In this document: positions 32,796 to 41,874 of the stretch, one piece after another
How positions within the stretch are numbered: the first letter of the stretch is position 1
How the letters are laid out: each line of letters opens with the position of its first letter
NCBI GenBank assembly: GCA_022825385.1
Contig: JAJDWX010000004.1
Coordinates: 255-64,254 of the forward strand
Source of the DNA: Rhodothermales bacterium
GTDB taxonomy: Bacteria; Bacteroidota; Rhodothermia; Rhodothermales; VXPQ01
Direction: 5' to 3'
DNA length: 64,000 bases
Position numbers and translations under genes: made by a program
Notes under the pieces: model-generated
Database searches by the model: none
Told to the model about the DNA's origin: nothing
Seen by the model: the letters and a program-made list of their open reading frames with translations, nothing else

Positions 32796-33812
32796 CTATT
32801 CGTAATCCCGCTCCAGGCGCTCGACCGCACGGGCCGCAAGGCCGGAGCCCTTGGCGCGAATGCGGTCGCCAAGCCGCTTTGCAAACACCTCCGCAGGGTC
32901 GTACCCCGCGTTGCGAAGCAGGTGGTTCATGGCAATCACTTCGCAGATGACCGTAATGTTTTTGCCCGGGGTCACCGGAATCTTCACCATGGGCAAATCC
33001 ACGCCCAGCGCGCGGTAGGTATCGCTCACCATGCCGAGGCGGGTGTATTCTTCTTCGGGATCCCACAGTTCCATGTGCACCACAATCTCGACGCGCTTGC
33101 GAAAACGAATGGCGCGTATCCCGAACATGGCGCGAATATCGACCAGGCCCAACCCCCGAACTTCCATAAAGTGCTGGGCCAGCTCCGTGCCGGCGCCCAT
33201 CAATACGTGCTCGTCCTTGCGCGTTACGACCACGACGTCGTCGGCCACCAGGCGATGTCCCCGCTCCACCAGGTCCAGCGCCACCTCGCTCTTGCCAATG
33301 CCGGATTTTCCGACCAGAAGCAGGCCGATGCCGTACACCGCGACCAGGGAGCCGTGAATCGTTTGCTGCAACGCAAACTGGTCGTTCAGGAAATCCCGCA
33401 GAACAGCCATGAAGTCGATGGATTGCAGAGACGTCCGAAAAACGGGTACGCCCTGCCGGGTCGCCATGGCCGCCATTTCATCGTCCAGCGTATTGTTGAC
33501 CGTGAGCACAATGCACGGGACCGGAAAGGACACAAGGGTTTCGAACGCCTTGTGGCGGACCTCCGCCGGCTGATGCCGCAAAAACTTGTTTTCCGTATTC
33601 CCCAGAATCTGCACGCGCTGATGGGTGAACAAGTCGGTGTACCCGGCCAGCACCAGCCCCGGACGATGCAAATCCACCTCGGTAACCAGTCGATCCTCGG
33701 CGGAAACATCGTTTACGGACGCGATATCGACGTTGGCCATCGCCCGTAATTTTTCCACCATAAAGGCCACGGTGATGGATTCTTTCTTGAAGGCTTTCGT
33801 CGCGTCGGGCAT
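32796..33812 (-). CDS. hprK: HPr kinase/phosphorylase
   Basis: HGSLVAVYGIGLLLVGKSGIGKSEVALDLVERGHRLVADDVV (P-loop) and MEVRGLGLVDIRAMFG. Confidence 0.9.
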   Translation of the reverse strand: MPDATKAFKKESITVAFMVEKLRAMANVDIASVNDVSAEDRLVTEVDLHRPGLVLAGYTDLFTHQRVQILGNTENKFLRHQPAEVRHKAFETLVSFPVPCIVLTVNNTLDDEMAAMATRQGVPVFRTSLQSIDFMAVLRDFLNDQFALQQTIHGSLVAVYGIGLLLVGKSGIGKSEVALDLVERGHRLVADDVVVVTRKDEHVLMGAGTELAQHFMEVRGLGLVDIRAMFGIRAIRFRKRVEIVVHMELWDPEEEYTRLGMVSDTYRALGVDLPMVKIPVTPGKNITVICEVIAMNHLLRNAGYDPAEVFAKRLGDRIRAKGSGLAARAVERLERDYE

Positions 33813-33876
33813 GGCGTGGGGCCGATTCGATCAAGGATTATCGGGGGCGCACGAGGAGGAGCCCCCTCGAGAACCG

Positions 33877-34857
33877 CTACGGAACTTCTACGGTTTCAAG
33901 AATCTGCTGCACCAGATCGTCGCTGGTCACTTCTTCCGCCTCCGCTTCGTACGATACCGCAATGCGGTGCCGCATCACGTCCGGGGCCAGCATGCGAACG
34001 TCCTCCGGGGTAACATAGGCCCGCCGCTGCAAAAAAGCATGCGCGCGCGCGGCAAGGTTCAGGTTGATGGTTGCGCGCGGCGACGCCCCGAACTCGATGA
34101 GCGCCGCAATATCGGACAGGCGATACTCCGCCGGACGCCGCGACGCCATCACCAGGTCCACCATGTACTTCTCGACCCGCTCGTCCATATACAGCTCGTT
34201 CAGCACCGCCCGCGCCGAAAGAATATCCTCAGGCCCGACCACCTCCCGGACCGCTTCTTTCTGGCCGGTGCGGGCCATGCGGCGCATGATTTCCAGTTCC
34301 TCCTCGCGGGTCGGGTAATCCACCCGAATCTTCAGCATGAACCGATCCACCTGCGCCTCTGGCAGCGGGTAGGTCCCTTCCTGCTCGATCGGGTTCTGCG
34401 TAGCCAGCACCAGAAACGGTTCTTCGAGCGGAAACGTGGTCTCGCCGATGGTAACCTGCCGTTCCTGCATGCTTTCGAGCAAGGCGCTCTGGACCTTGGC
34501 CGGCGACCGGTTGATCTCGTCGGCCAGAATGACATTGGCGAAAACAGGTCCCTTTTTGATCGAAAAGGACCCTTCTTTCTGATTGTATACAAGCGTACCC
34601 AGCAAGTCGGCGGGGAGCAAATCCGGCGTGAACTGGATGCGCTGGAACCGGGTCCCGATGGCGCGAGCAAGCGAACTGACCGTGAGGGTTTTGGCCAGGC
34701 CCGGCACGCCTTCGAGCAGCACGTGTCCATCGGCGAGCAACCCGATCAACAGGCGCTCGATCATGGATTGCTGCCCGACGACGACGCGGCCTACTTCGCC
34801 AAGCAACGAGTCTACGAACGCGCTTTCGGCGCGAATGCGCTCGCTGACCTGGACCAT
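33877..34857 (-). CDS. MoxR-family AAA+ ATPase
   Basis: VVGQQSMIERLLIGLLADGHVLLEGVPGLAKTL...RIQFTPDLLPADLLGT...ILADEINRSPAKVQSALLESMQE. The start was trimmed to the Met at 34857. Confidence 0.9.
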   Translation of the reverse strand: MVQVSERIRAESAFVDSLLGEVGRVVVGQQSMIERLLIGLLADGHVLLEGVPGLAKTLTVSSLARAIGTRFQRIQFTPDLLPADLLGTLVYNQKEGSFSIKKGPVFANVILADEINRSPAKVQSALLESMQERQVTIGETTFPLEEPFLVLATQNPIEQEGTYPLPEAQVDRFMLKIRVDYPTREEELEIMRRMARTGQKEAVREVVGPEDILSARAVLNELYMDERVEKYMVDLVMASRRPAEYRLSDIAALIEFGASPRATINLNLAARAHAFLQRRAYVTPEDVRMLAPDVMRHRIAVSYEAEAEEVTSDDLVQQILETVEVP

Positions 34858-34963
34858 GTCAAAGTTTGTTGCGGTTTCCACTGGACAGAAAAACGGATGA
34901 ATAAAGGATTGTTTGCAATAAGGCGCGAGGACGCAAAACGCAGCATGCGGAATGCAAAGGCCG

Positions 34964-36199
34964 TCACAAGAGCGTAACGCGCGCGTCCATGTCGAATTTT
35001 TCCCGAATCCCTGATTGTACGCGATGCAAACAGCGAGGGACGACAAAGGGCTGCCCCGCCACGATCACCGCGCGCCCCCGATGTACGGGATACGCTCCAT
35101 ACATGCCGTCCAGCGTCATGGCGTCCACAGCGTCTACGATGTTTTCCGAAACGCTGGTCGTGCCGCCCCAGTCCTTGCGCGTCACGGCGTCGGACATGAG
35201 CAACAGGGCGCCAAAGAGCTGCCAGTCTTTACGTTGCACCGCGCCTACCAGTTTCGGAACGCGCTGATTCTCTTTGACCAGCCAGCGCAGGACAGGCCGC
35301 AACCGGAAAGGCAGGATATCGCTCGCCGCCTGCAAATCGCGGTGTTCGAGGTCCCGCAGGGACGTTACCTCCGCGAATTCCTTTTTGCGCAAAACGGCCG
35401 CGGCCTCGTCCGCCATTTTTCGTTTTCGCGGCACGGCGCCGGGGTCGAAGAACGTACGGCCTTCCGTTTCCACCAACCCGAACGCCAGGGCGTCTTCCGG
35501 GGCGGCGTCGAGCAACATGCATTCGCGCGTTTCGGCGTCTACGAAAGCATACTGCCCGGGGCGCCCTTGCTCCGCCGCGACACAGAACGCGGGACTGAAA
35601 GAACGGCCCAGGCTCGCCTCGATGGCTGCGCGCGCCTTGTCGCATACGCGGCGGTCCGCTTCGGCGGGCGCAAAGACCTGCGCGCATGCCCGCGCCGTCG
35701 CCACGGCCAGGGTAGCCAAACAGGCGTCGGCGCAAGAGGAAGGCACGGCGTTCGCCACCGCGATATCCGCCTGCGCCGTTTCGGGCGCCAGGCGCCGGAA
35801 CGTTTCGAAAACGACCCGCGCGGGCGCGGGCGCCGTATCGGGAAGCGGGGAATCCGGGCCCTGCGTCCAGACGCGGTCGTCGTGGCCAAAGGCGAGGCGG
35901 GACGCGGCGGCCGGGCGGGCGCGCAGGGCTGCCGCCGCGCCGGACGGCAAGGAAAAAAACAGCGCAAAGCCGTTGAAATAATGCGTGTGCTCCGCAAGCA
36001 ACGCCATGCTTCCGTGGGCAAAGCCGATGCCGGGGCCGCTCTCTTGCGCGCCGAAATGTTTTTCGAGCGTAGTCCGGGCGCGCTCCATGAGGAGAGACGG
36101 CTCTTCGAACGAACGTTCGGGGATTTCCTGCGGCCCCCGCACCACGGAGGTCAAGAGCGGCGACGCGCCAGCGCGATCGCGAATGGAGTCGGACGACAT
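34964..36199 (-). CDS. galactokinase/GHMP-kinase-like protein (motif II looks degenerate)
   Basis: The start was taken at the Met at 36199 (MSSDSIRD). GFAHGSMALLAEHTHYFNGFAL resembles the GalK signature GRVNLIGEHTDY. The GHMP P-loop position reads VPSSCADACLATLAVA instead of PxGxGLSSSAA. Confidence 0.6.
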   Translation of the reverse strand: MSSDSIRDRAGASPLLTSVVRGPQEIPERSFEEPSLLMERARTTLEKHFGAQESGPGIGFAHGSMALLAEHTHYFNGFALFFSLPSGAAAALRARPAAASRLAFGHDDRVWTQGPDSPLPDTAPAPARVVFETFRRLAPETAQADIAVANAVPSSCADACLATLAVATARACAQVFAPAEADRRVCDKARAAIEASLGRSFSPAFCVAAEQGRPGQYAFVDAETRECMLLDAAPEDALAFGLVETEGRTFFDPGAVPRKRKMADEAAAVLRKKEFAEVTSLRDLEHRDLQAASDILPFRLRPVLRWLVKENQRVPKLVGAVQRKDWQLFGALLLMSDAVTRKDWGGTTSVSENIVDAVDAMTLDGMYGAYPVHRGRAVIVAGQPFVVPRCLHRVQSGIREKFDMDARVTLL

Positions 36200-36215
36200 A
36201 ATGCGTTTTCGCTGT

Positions 36216-37163
36216 CTACTCAAACAAATGGCCCGCGGGCAGCGCATGCCCCCGGAGAAAATCCATGGCCGGAAGCCGCCTGCGGCCTTCCGCTTGCAAC
36301 TCCAGCAACTCCACGGCCCCTTCGCCGCACGCCACAACGAGCCGATCCGAAGCGCGCAGCGTCTGGCCCGGCAAGGCTTTCGCATCGCCCGCCCGCCTCG
36401 CATCCGCAAGGCGCGTCCGGTAGACCTTGACCATGCTTTCGCCGTCGCGGGTCCAGGCGCCGGGACGCGGGGACAATCCCCGTATCTGGTTGTGCACCTC
36501 GCGCGCGGACCGACGCCATGCAATGCGCGCGTCCTCTTTCTGGATCCGCGGCGCCGGCGTAGCCTCTTCGTGGTTCTGGGGATGCGCCTGCGCCTCGCCG
36601 CGCTGGATGCGGCGCACCGTTTCCACAACCGCTTCGGCGCCAAGCGCCATCATCCGGTCATGGACTTCGCCCGCGGTTTCGTCCGGGCCGATCCGCATGG
36701 TTTTTTGCAAAATAACGTTTCCCGTATCCACGGCTTCTTTCAGGAAAAACGTGCTCACGCCCGTTTCGGTCTCCCCCGCCATGATGGCGCGGCGGATGGG
36801 GGCCGCCCCCCGGTACTTCGGAAGCAGCGAGCCGTGCAAGTTGAAAGCCCCCTTGCGCGCGATCTCGAACGCCTCCGGGGGTAGAATGCGAAACGCAACC
36901 ACCACAATCAAGTCCGGCGCCAGCCGGCGCACCGATTCCGCAAAAACCGGGTCGCGAAGCGACGTCGGCTGCAAAATCGGGCGGATGCCCAGTCTTTCGG
37001 CTTCCTGCTTCACAGGCGTCGGGGACATGCGGCGCCCGCGCCCGCGCGGTTTGTCCGGCCCCGTCGCCACGGCGACCGGCGCATACCCCGCCTCGGCGAG
37101 CCGCCGCAGCGAGGGCACGGCGAAATCCGGCGTACCCATAAAAACAATCCGCATATCCTGCAT
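36216..37163 (-). CDS. fmt: methionyl-tRNA formyltransferase
   Basis: MRIVFMGTPDFAVPSL...NLHGSLLPKYRGAAPIRRAIMAGETETGVS. The start is at the Met at 37163 or 37154. Confidence 0.9.
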   Translation of the reverse strand: MQDMRIVFMGTPDFAVPSLRRLAEAGYAPVAVATGPDKPRGRGRRMSPTPVKQEAERLGIRPILQPTSLRDPVFAESVRRLAPDLIVVVAFRILPPEAFEIARKGAFNLHGSLLPKYRGAAPIRRAIMAGETETGVSTFFLKEAVDTGNVILQKTMRIGPDETAGEVHDRMMALGAEAVVETVRRIQRGEAQAHPQNHEEATPAPRIQKEDARIAWRRSAREVHNQIRGLSPRPGAWTRDGESMVKVYRTRLADARRAGDAKALPGQTLRASDRLVVACGEGAVELLELQAEGRRRLPAMDFLRGHALPAGHLFE

Positions 37164-37200
37164 GGGAATCTCCGCGAAACAGATGGGGACGACCAGGGCG

Positions 37201-38169
37201 TCAACCGAACAGCGCGTCCACAAACGCCCGCCGATCAAACACTTCCAGGTCTTCGATGCGCTCCCCAACGCCTATGTATTTGACGGGAATCCGAAAATCG
37301 CTGGAAATACCGATAACGACGCCCCCCTTGGCCGTGCCGTCCAGCTTGGTTACTGCAATGCCCGTCACCTCGACGCTTCGGGCGAATTCCTCGACCTGGC
37401 GCAAGGCGTTCTGCCCCGTAGAAGCATCCAGCACAAGCAGCACCTCATGGGGCGCGCCGTCGACGCACTTGGCCATCGCCCGGCGAATCTTCGCCAGTTC
37501 GTCCATCAGCCCCCCGCGCGTATGCAGGCGGCCTGCCGTGTCCACGATCGCCACATCCGCATTCCGCGCCCTGGCCGAGGCGACCGTATCGTACGCCACC
37601 GAGGCCGGATCGCTCCCCTGCGCCTGCCGAACCAGCGGCGCGTCGGCGCGCTCCGCCCAGATCGACAACTGCTCCGCGGCGGCGGCGCGAAACGTATCGC
37701 CCGCGCCCAGCAAGACGGATTTGCCCGCATCCCTGTACCGCCGCGCCATCTTCCCGATGGTGGTGGTTTTGCCCACGCCATTGACGCCCACGACCATGAT
37801 TACATGCGGACGATTCGGCAAGGGCGCGTCGAATCCGGCGGGACGCTCCGGGGCGTTATCCAGCAGCAACGAAGCAATCTCGTCCCGAATCAGGCCTTGC
37901 AGTTCCTCCGACGACACGTAGCGCTCTTCGGCTACCCGCTCCCGAATGCGGTCAATGATTTTCAGGGTCGCCGCAACGCCTGCATCGCTGGAGATCAGCG
38001 CTTCTTCCAGGGCGTCCAGCACATCGTCGTCCACGGTCTTCTTGCCGCGTACGGCCCGGCGAATCTTGCCGAGAAATCCTGTTCGGGTCTTGTCCAGCCC
38101 CCTGTCGAGCCCCTTGTCCATGCCCGGGGGCGGCGCTTCGCCCGTTTTGAAACGATCCAGTAAACCCAT
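37201..38169 (-). CDS. ftsY: signal recognition particle receptor FtsY
   Basis: MGLLDRFK...VIMVVGVNGVGKTTTIGKMA...LLGAGDTFRAAAAEQL...VDTAGRLH...TKLDGTAKGG. The start was trimmed to the Met at 38169. Confidence 0.9.
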   Translation of the reverse strand: MGLLDRFKTGEAPPPGMDKGLDRGLDKTRTGFLGKIRRAVRGKKTVDDDVLDALEEALISSDAGVAATLKIIDRIRERVAEERYVSSEELQGLIRDEIASLLLDNAPERPAGFDAPLPNRPHVIMVVGVNGVGKTTTIGKMARRYRDAGKSVLLGAGDTFRAAAAEQLSIWAERADAPLVRQAQGSDPASVAYDTVASARARNADVAIVDTAGRLHTRGGLMDELAKIRRAMAKCVDGAPHEVLLVLDASTGQNALRQVEEFARSVEVTGIAVTKLDGTAKGGVVIGISSDFRIPVKYIGVGERIEDLEVFDRRAFVDALFG

Positions 38170-38192
38170 TGCTATACGCGCATAATATATTG

Positions 38193-38810
38193 CTAATCCG
38201 CCAGGTCGCGGTCTTCTTGCCCGTCGTCGTCCGTCCATGACGCCTTGCTTCGCTTCGCCAACAGGACGTACCGGACGACGTACGCCGCAAAAGAGGCGAT
38301 CATCAAGATCGTGGCCGCAATCAAACAGAATCGCATGACCGGCTCGTCCGCCCGCAGCAGCGCCGCAAAGACCGTCACCGCAACGGCCCCCGTGGCCGCC
38401 TTGCCCAGCCAGACGCTCATTTCCACGCTTCCCGTACGATGCGCAAGGACGCCCGATCCCAGCAGGATAAGCAGGTCGCGCGCAATAAGCGCCGCCAGAA
38501 ACCACACAGGCAACAGCCCCCGCAGCGCCAGCGACGCGGCAACGACCGCCCCGGCGACCTTGTCGGCCAGCGGGTCCAGCACCTTCCCCCATGCCGAAAC
38601 ATTGCCCGACCAGCGCGCAATGCGCCCGTCAAGCCAGTCGCTGGCAATGATAACGGCAAGCAACGAAAACACCCAGCGGAGCGACCCGTCAACAAGGATA
38701 AGCCAGGCGACCGGAGCCGCCAAAAGCGCCCGCGTCACGCTCAGCGCGTTCGGAACGGTCCAGAAATTCCCGTCGGGGCGAAAGCGCCCGAACCTACGGG
38801 GTAGCGTCAT
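38193..38810 (-). CDS. CDP-alcohol phosphatidyltransferase family protein
   Basis: PNALSVTRALLAP...ASDWLDGRIARWSG..SAWGKVLDPLADKV matches the D(x)2DG(x)2AR...G(x)3D(x)3D motif. The start was trimmed to the Met at 38810, which overlaps the ispG 3' end by 17 nt. Confidence 0.8.
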   Translation of the reverse strand: MTLPRRFGRFRPDGNFWTVPNALSVTRALLAAPVAWLILVDGSLRWVFSLLAVIIASDWLDGRIARWSGNVSAWGKVLDPLADKVAGAVVAASLALRGLLPVWFLAALIARDLLILLGSGVLAHRTGSVEMSVWLGKAATGAVAVTVFAALLRADEPVMRFCLIAATILMIASFAAYVVRYVLLAKRSKASWTDDDGQEDRDLAD

Positions 38811-39882
38811 CGTCCTCTTCCTCCCAGGCGTCAATGGCTTCAAGGACCGCTTCCACGATATTTTCGGACGGCACGGTGCCCACCACTTTGCCTTGCTTGA
38901 AAAGGTGCGCCCGTCCGCGGCCAAGCGAAATCCCCAGGTCCGCGCCCGCCGCTTCGCCGGGTCCGTTCACCGCGCAGCCCATCAGCGCCACATTGAGGTC
39001 CTTCTCGAAGCGGGCTTCCTTGACCGCCGCCTCCACCTCTTCCACGATGGAAAACAAATCGCCTTCCATGCGGCCGCACGTAGGACACGCGATCACGTTG
39101 ACGCCCGGACGGCCCAGCCGAAGCGACTTCAGGATGCGGTGGCCCACCTCGACTTCCCGCAAGGAGGGCGTCGCCAGCGAAACCCGGATCGTATCCCCGA
39201 TTCCGTCGGCGAGGAGCGCCCCGATGCCTATCGAACTCTTGACGGAGCCGCTGTCGAAGGCGCCCGACTCGGTGACCCCGAGATGCAACGGAAAGTCGGT
39301 CTTTTCCGCCAGCAACCGATAGGACCGGATCATAAAAAACACGTCCGAGTGCTTCACCGAAATAACAAGGTCCTCGAACCCGTGGCGCTGGCATATCTCT
39401 ACGTGCCGCATGGCGCTTTCGAAAAGGGCTTCGGGTTGCGGATAGCCATACTTGTCCAGCAGGTCCTTCTCCAGCGACCCGGAATTGACCCCGATCCGAA
39501 TGGGTATGCCCGCCTCCTTCGCGGCAAGCAGCACTTCCCGCTCCCATTCTTCCTTGCCTATGTTGCCGGGGTTGATGCGCACCTTGGCCACCTTCGATTC
39601 GATGGCCTTCAGGGCATACTGGTAATTAAAATGTATGTCGGCCACGATCGGCACGGGCGCGCCCTGCACGATATCCGCCAGCGCGTCCGCGTCTTCCGGG
39701 CGCGGGACGGCCACGCGCACGATATCGGCCCCCGCCTCGGCAAGCTGGCGAATTTCGTCCAGGGACGTCGCCACGTCATGCGTTTTGGAGGTGGTCATCG
39801 ACTGCACCGAAATGGGCGCGCCGCCGCCGATTTGCACGGAGCCCACGTGTACGGGCCGCGACGCCCTGCGAATTCGTTCCAT
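38794..39882 (-). CDS. ispG: 4-hydroxy-3-methylbut-2-en-1-yl diphosphate synthase
   Basis: RPVHVGSVQIGGGAPISVQSMT...RVAVP...RINPGNIG...ACPTCGR...GCAVNGPGE. The start was trimmed to the Met at 39882. Confidence 0.9.
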   Translation of the reverse strand: MERIRRASRPVHVGSVQIGGGAPISVQSMTTSKTHDVATSLDEIRQLAEAGADIVRVAVPRPEDADALADIVQGAPVPIVADIHFNYQYALKAIESKVAKVRINPGNIGKEEWEREVLLAAKEAGIPIRIGVNSGSLEKDLLDKYGYPQPEALFESAMRHVEICQRHGFEDLVISVKHSDVFFMIRSYRLLAEKTDFPLHLGVTESGAFDSGSVKSSIGIGALLADGIGDTIRVSLATPSLREVEVGHRILKSLRLGRPGVNVIACPTCGRMEGDLFSIVEEVEAAVKEARFEKDLNVALMGCAVNGPGEAAGADLGISLGRGRAHLFKQGKVVGTVPSENIVEAVLEAIDAWEEEDDDATP

Positions 39883-39970
39883 GATCGCTCGTCGAAATGG
39901 TGAAGGGGAATTCCTTTTAACGAAACAGCAGGGGCTTGTGTTGCACGGCCCGGGAACGCCTGCGAATTCG

Positions 39971-41053
39971 TCAGTCCCGGGGCAAGCGCAGGGAGACCAC
40001 AAGCGGCAAATGGTCGGAAACGCGCACTTTGGGCACCCGGGCGGAAACCACCTCCCACTCCTCGCTCACAAACACATAATCTATGCGCACCGCAGGCAAC
40101 CGGGCATGATAGGTCATTCCCCATCCCTCGCCCGCCTCCGCGAACGCGTCGCGCATCCGGGAAGACAACGTACGGTACACCCGGTTGTTCGGGGCGCTGT
40201 TCATGTCTCCGAACAGGATGACGGGCAAGGTTTCCTCGTCGAGCAGGGCCGTGATGCGCTCCGTTTCCCGGGCGCGAATCCGATACGCCGCGCGATACTG
40301 CCGCAAATAGCGCATGACGTTTCCCGCGCCGAATGTGGACGGGCGTATGTCCTCCCAGGGCTTCCTTTCTCCGAACGTGCGAAGGTGCGCGTTGTATACT
40401 ATAAAATCCCTCCCTTGCCATCGTATGCGGGCCCGGATCGCATGCGACGGGCGACGCCCGCCCGTATGCAGGGGCACGCGGGTTACTTGCTCGACCTGGG
40501 GCTTGCTCAGCACGGGCTGTTGCGTCCACGCAGCGTTTTCCGGTCGCATGGACGAATAGCCCAGCGAATCGAGCAAGATCGATACGTACGGGTCGGACCG
40601 GACAAACGGCTGCTGGTCGTACCAGGCAAGAGACGCCTCTTGCAGCCCGATGACGTCCGGGCGAATTGCCTCGACGAGGCGGGCCATGCGTTCGGGTCGA
40701 TCCGGCGGGGCGGCGGGCCAGACGGCGGGCGCGTTCAGGGTGAGCAACGTCAGCGTATCGCCCGGCGCGTCCAGCGCGTCCGGGGCAGCGCCTGGGCGGG
40801 CGAGCGGATTTGCGCGCAAGAGAAAAAGCGCCAGCAGCGCGGCGTTCAGCAGAAGCATGCGGCGAGGGCCCGTCAACGCCAGCAATACCGCCATGCCCGC
40901 AAGGGCCAGCGCCATGTACGGCAGAAACACGGCGGCCAGTTCGAACCACCAGAATGCGCCGAAAGGCACGTGGTACGCAAGGTACCCGGCCAGAAAAAGC
41001 AGGGCGGCGAGGAGGTTAACCGCCGCAAACAGGATGCGAACAAACCGCTTCAT
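39971..41053 (-). CDS. membrane-anchored endonuclease/exonuclease/phosphatase (EEP) family protein
   Basis: N-terminal TM segments are followed by DVIGLQEA, ...FGDMNS..., and RIDYVFVS...SDHLPLVV. Confidence 0.8.
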   Translation of the reverse strand: MKRFVRILFAAVNLLAALLFLAGYLAYHVPFGAFWWFELAAVFLPYMALALAGMAVLLALTGPRRMLLLNAALLALFLLRANPLARPGAAPDALDAPGDTLTLLTLNAPAVWPAAPPDRPERMARLVEAIRPDVIGLQEASLAWYDQQPFVRSDPYVSILLDSLGYSSMRPENAAWTQQPVLSKPQVEQVTRVPLHTGGRRPSHAIRARIRWQGRDFIVYNAHLRTFGERKPWEDIRPSTFGAGNVMRYLRQYRAAYRIRARETERITALLDEETLPVILFGDMNSAPNNRVYRTLSSRMRDAFAEAGEGWGMTYHARLPAVRIDYVFVSEEWEVVSARVPKVRVSDHLPLVVSLRLPRD

Positions 41054-41062
41054 CGACGAGAC

Positions 41063-41725
41063 TTACCGATACGTCGCTCGGCCGGGCCGCAGCGGGAGTT
41101 TGCCCCGCCAGTACTGTATCAGCAGGAACCCGAACAACATGCCGCCAAGGTGAGCGAAATTGGCCACGCCCGGCTGGCTGCCCGACGCCGCGGCCCACAA
41201 TTCAAGCAGGCCATACAGAATTACGAACCACTTTGCCTTGATCGGAAACAGAAAATAAAGGTAAATGGGCTGGTTCGGAAACATCATGCCGAAGGCCAGC
41301 AGGATGCCGAAGATTCCGCCGGACGCGCCTACGGTCGGATAGATAGCGCCTTCGGAGGAAGCCACGACGAGTTGAATCAGCGCGGCCCCGACGACGCAAA
41401 CGAAATAAAACACGGCGAACCGGCGGCTGCCCCAGGTGTTTTCGATCTGTACGCCAAAGAGCCACAGCGCGAACATATTGAACAACAGGTGCGTGAAGCC
41501 GCCGTGCAAAAAGGAGTACGTCGCGAGCTGCCAGGGCATAAACCCGGCAAACCCGGCAATCCTCGACGCGCCAAGCGGCCACAGCGCAAACCACTGCATA
41601 AGCGCCGAGCCCAGAACCGGGGTCATCCCGGCGAGAAAGGCCAGCCCGTTCAGAATCAGCAGATTCTTGATGACGGGGGGAAACATCGAAAATTGCGTAG
41701 GGGGGCGGTAAGAATGCTGGTACAT
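41063..41725 (-). CDS. rhomboid family intramembrane serine protease
   Basis: FLHGGFTHLLFNMFALWLFG and GASGGIFGILLAFG (GxSG), plus a later HLGG. The start was trimmed to the Met at 41725. Confidence 0.85.
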   Translation of the reverse strand: MYQHSYRPPTQFSMFPPVIKNLLILNGLAFLAGMTPVLGSALMQWFALWPLGASRIAGFAGFMPWQLATYSFLHGGFTHLLFNMFALWLFGVQIENTWGSRRFAVFYFVCVVGAALIQLVVASSEGAIYPTVGASGGIFGILLAFGMMFPNQPIYLYFLFPIKAKWFVILYGLLELWAAASGSQPGVANFAHLGGMLFGFLLIQYWRGKLPLRPGRATYR

Positions 41726-41874
41726 CGTCCGATGCGTATGCAATAAAGGAGCCTTGCCGTGGCTATAGGGATATACCCCTCTCTTAGCGATAAAAGCCGG
41801 TAAAGTTGCGTTTTCCTTCGGAACGAACGCCCGAAACCCGGCATTCAAGAATATTTTACCCCTTTTTGGCGCCC

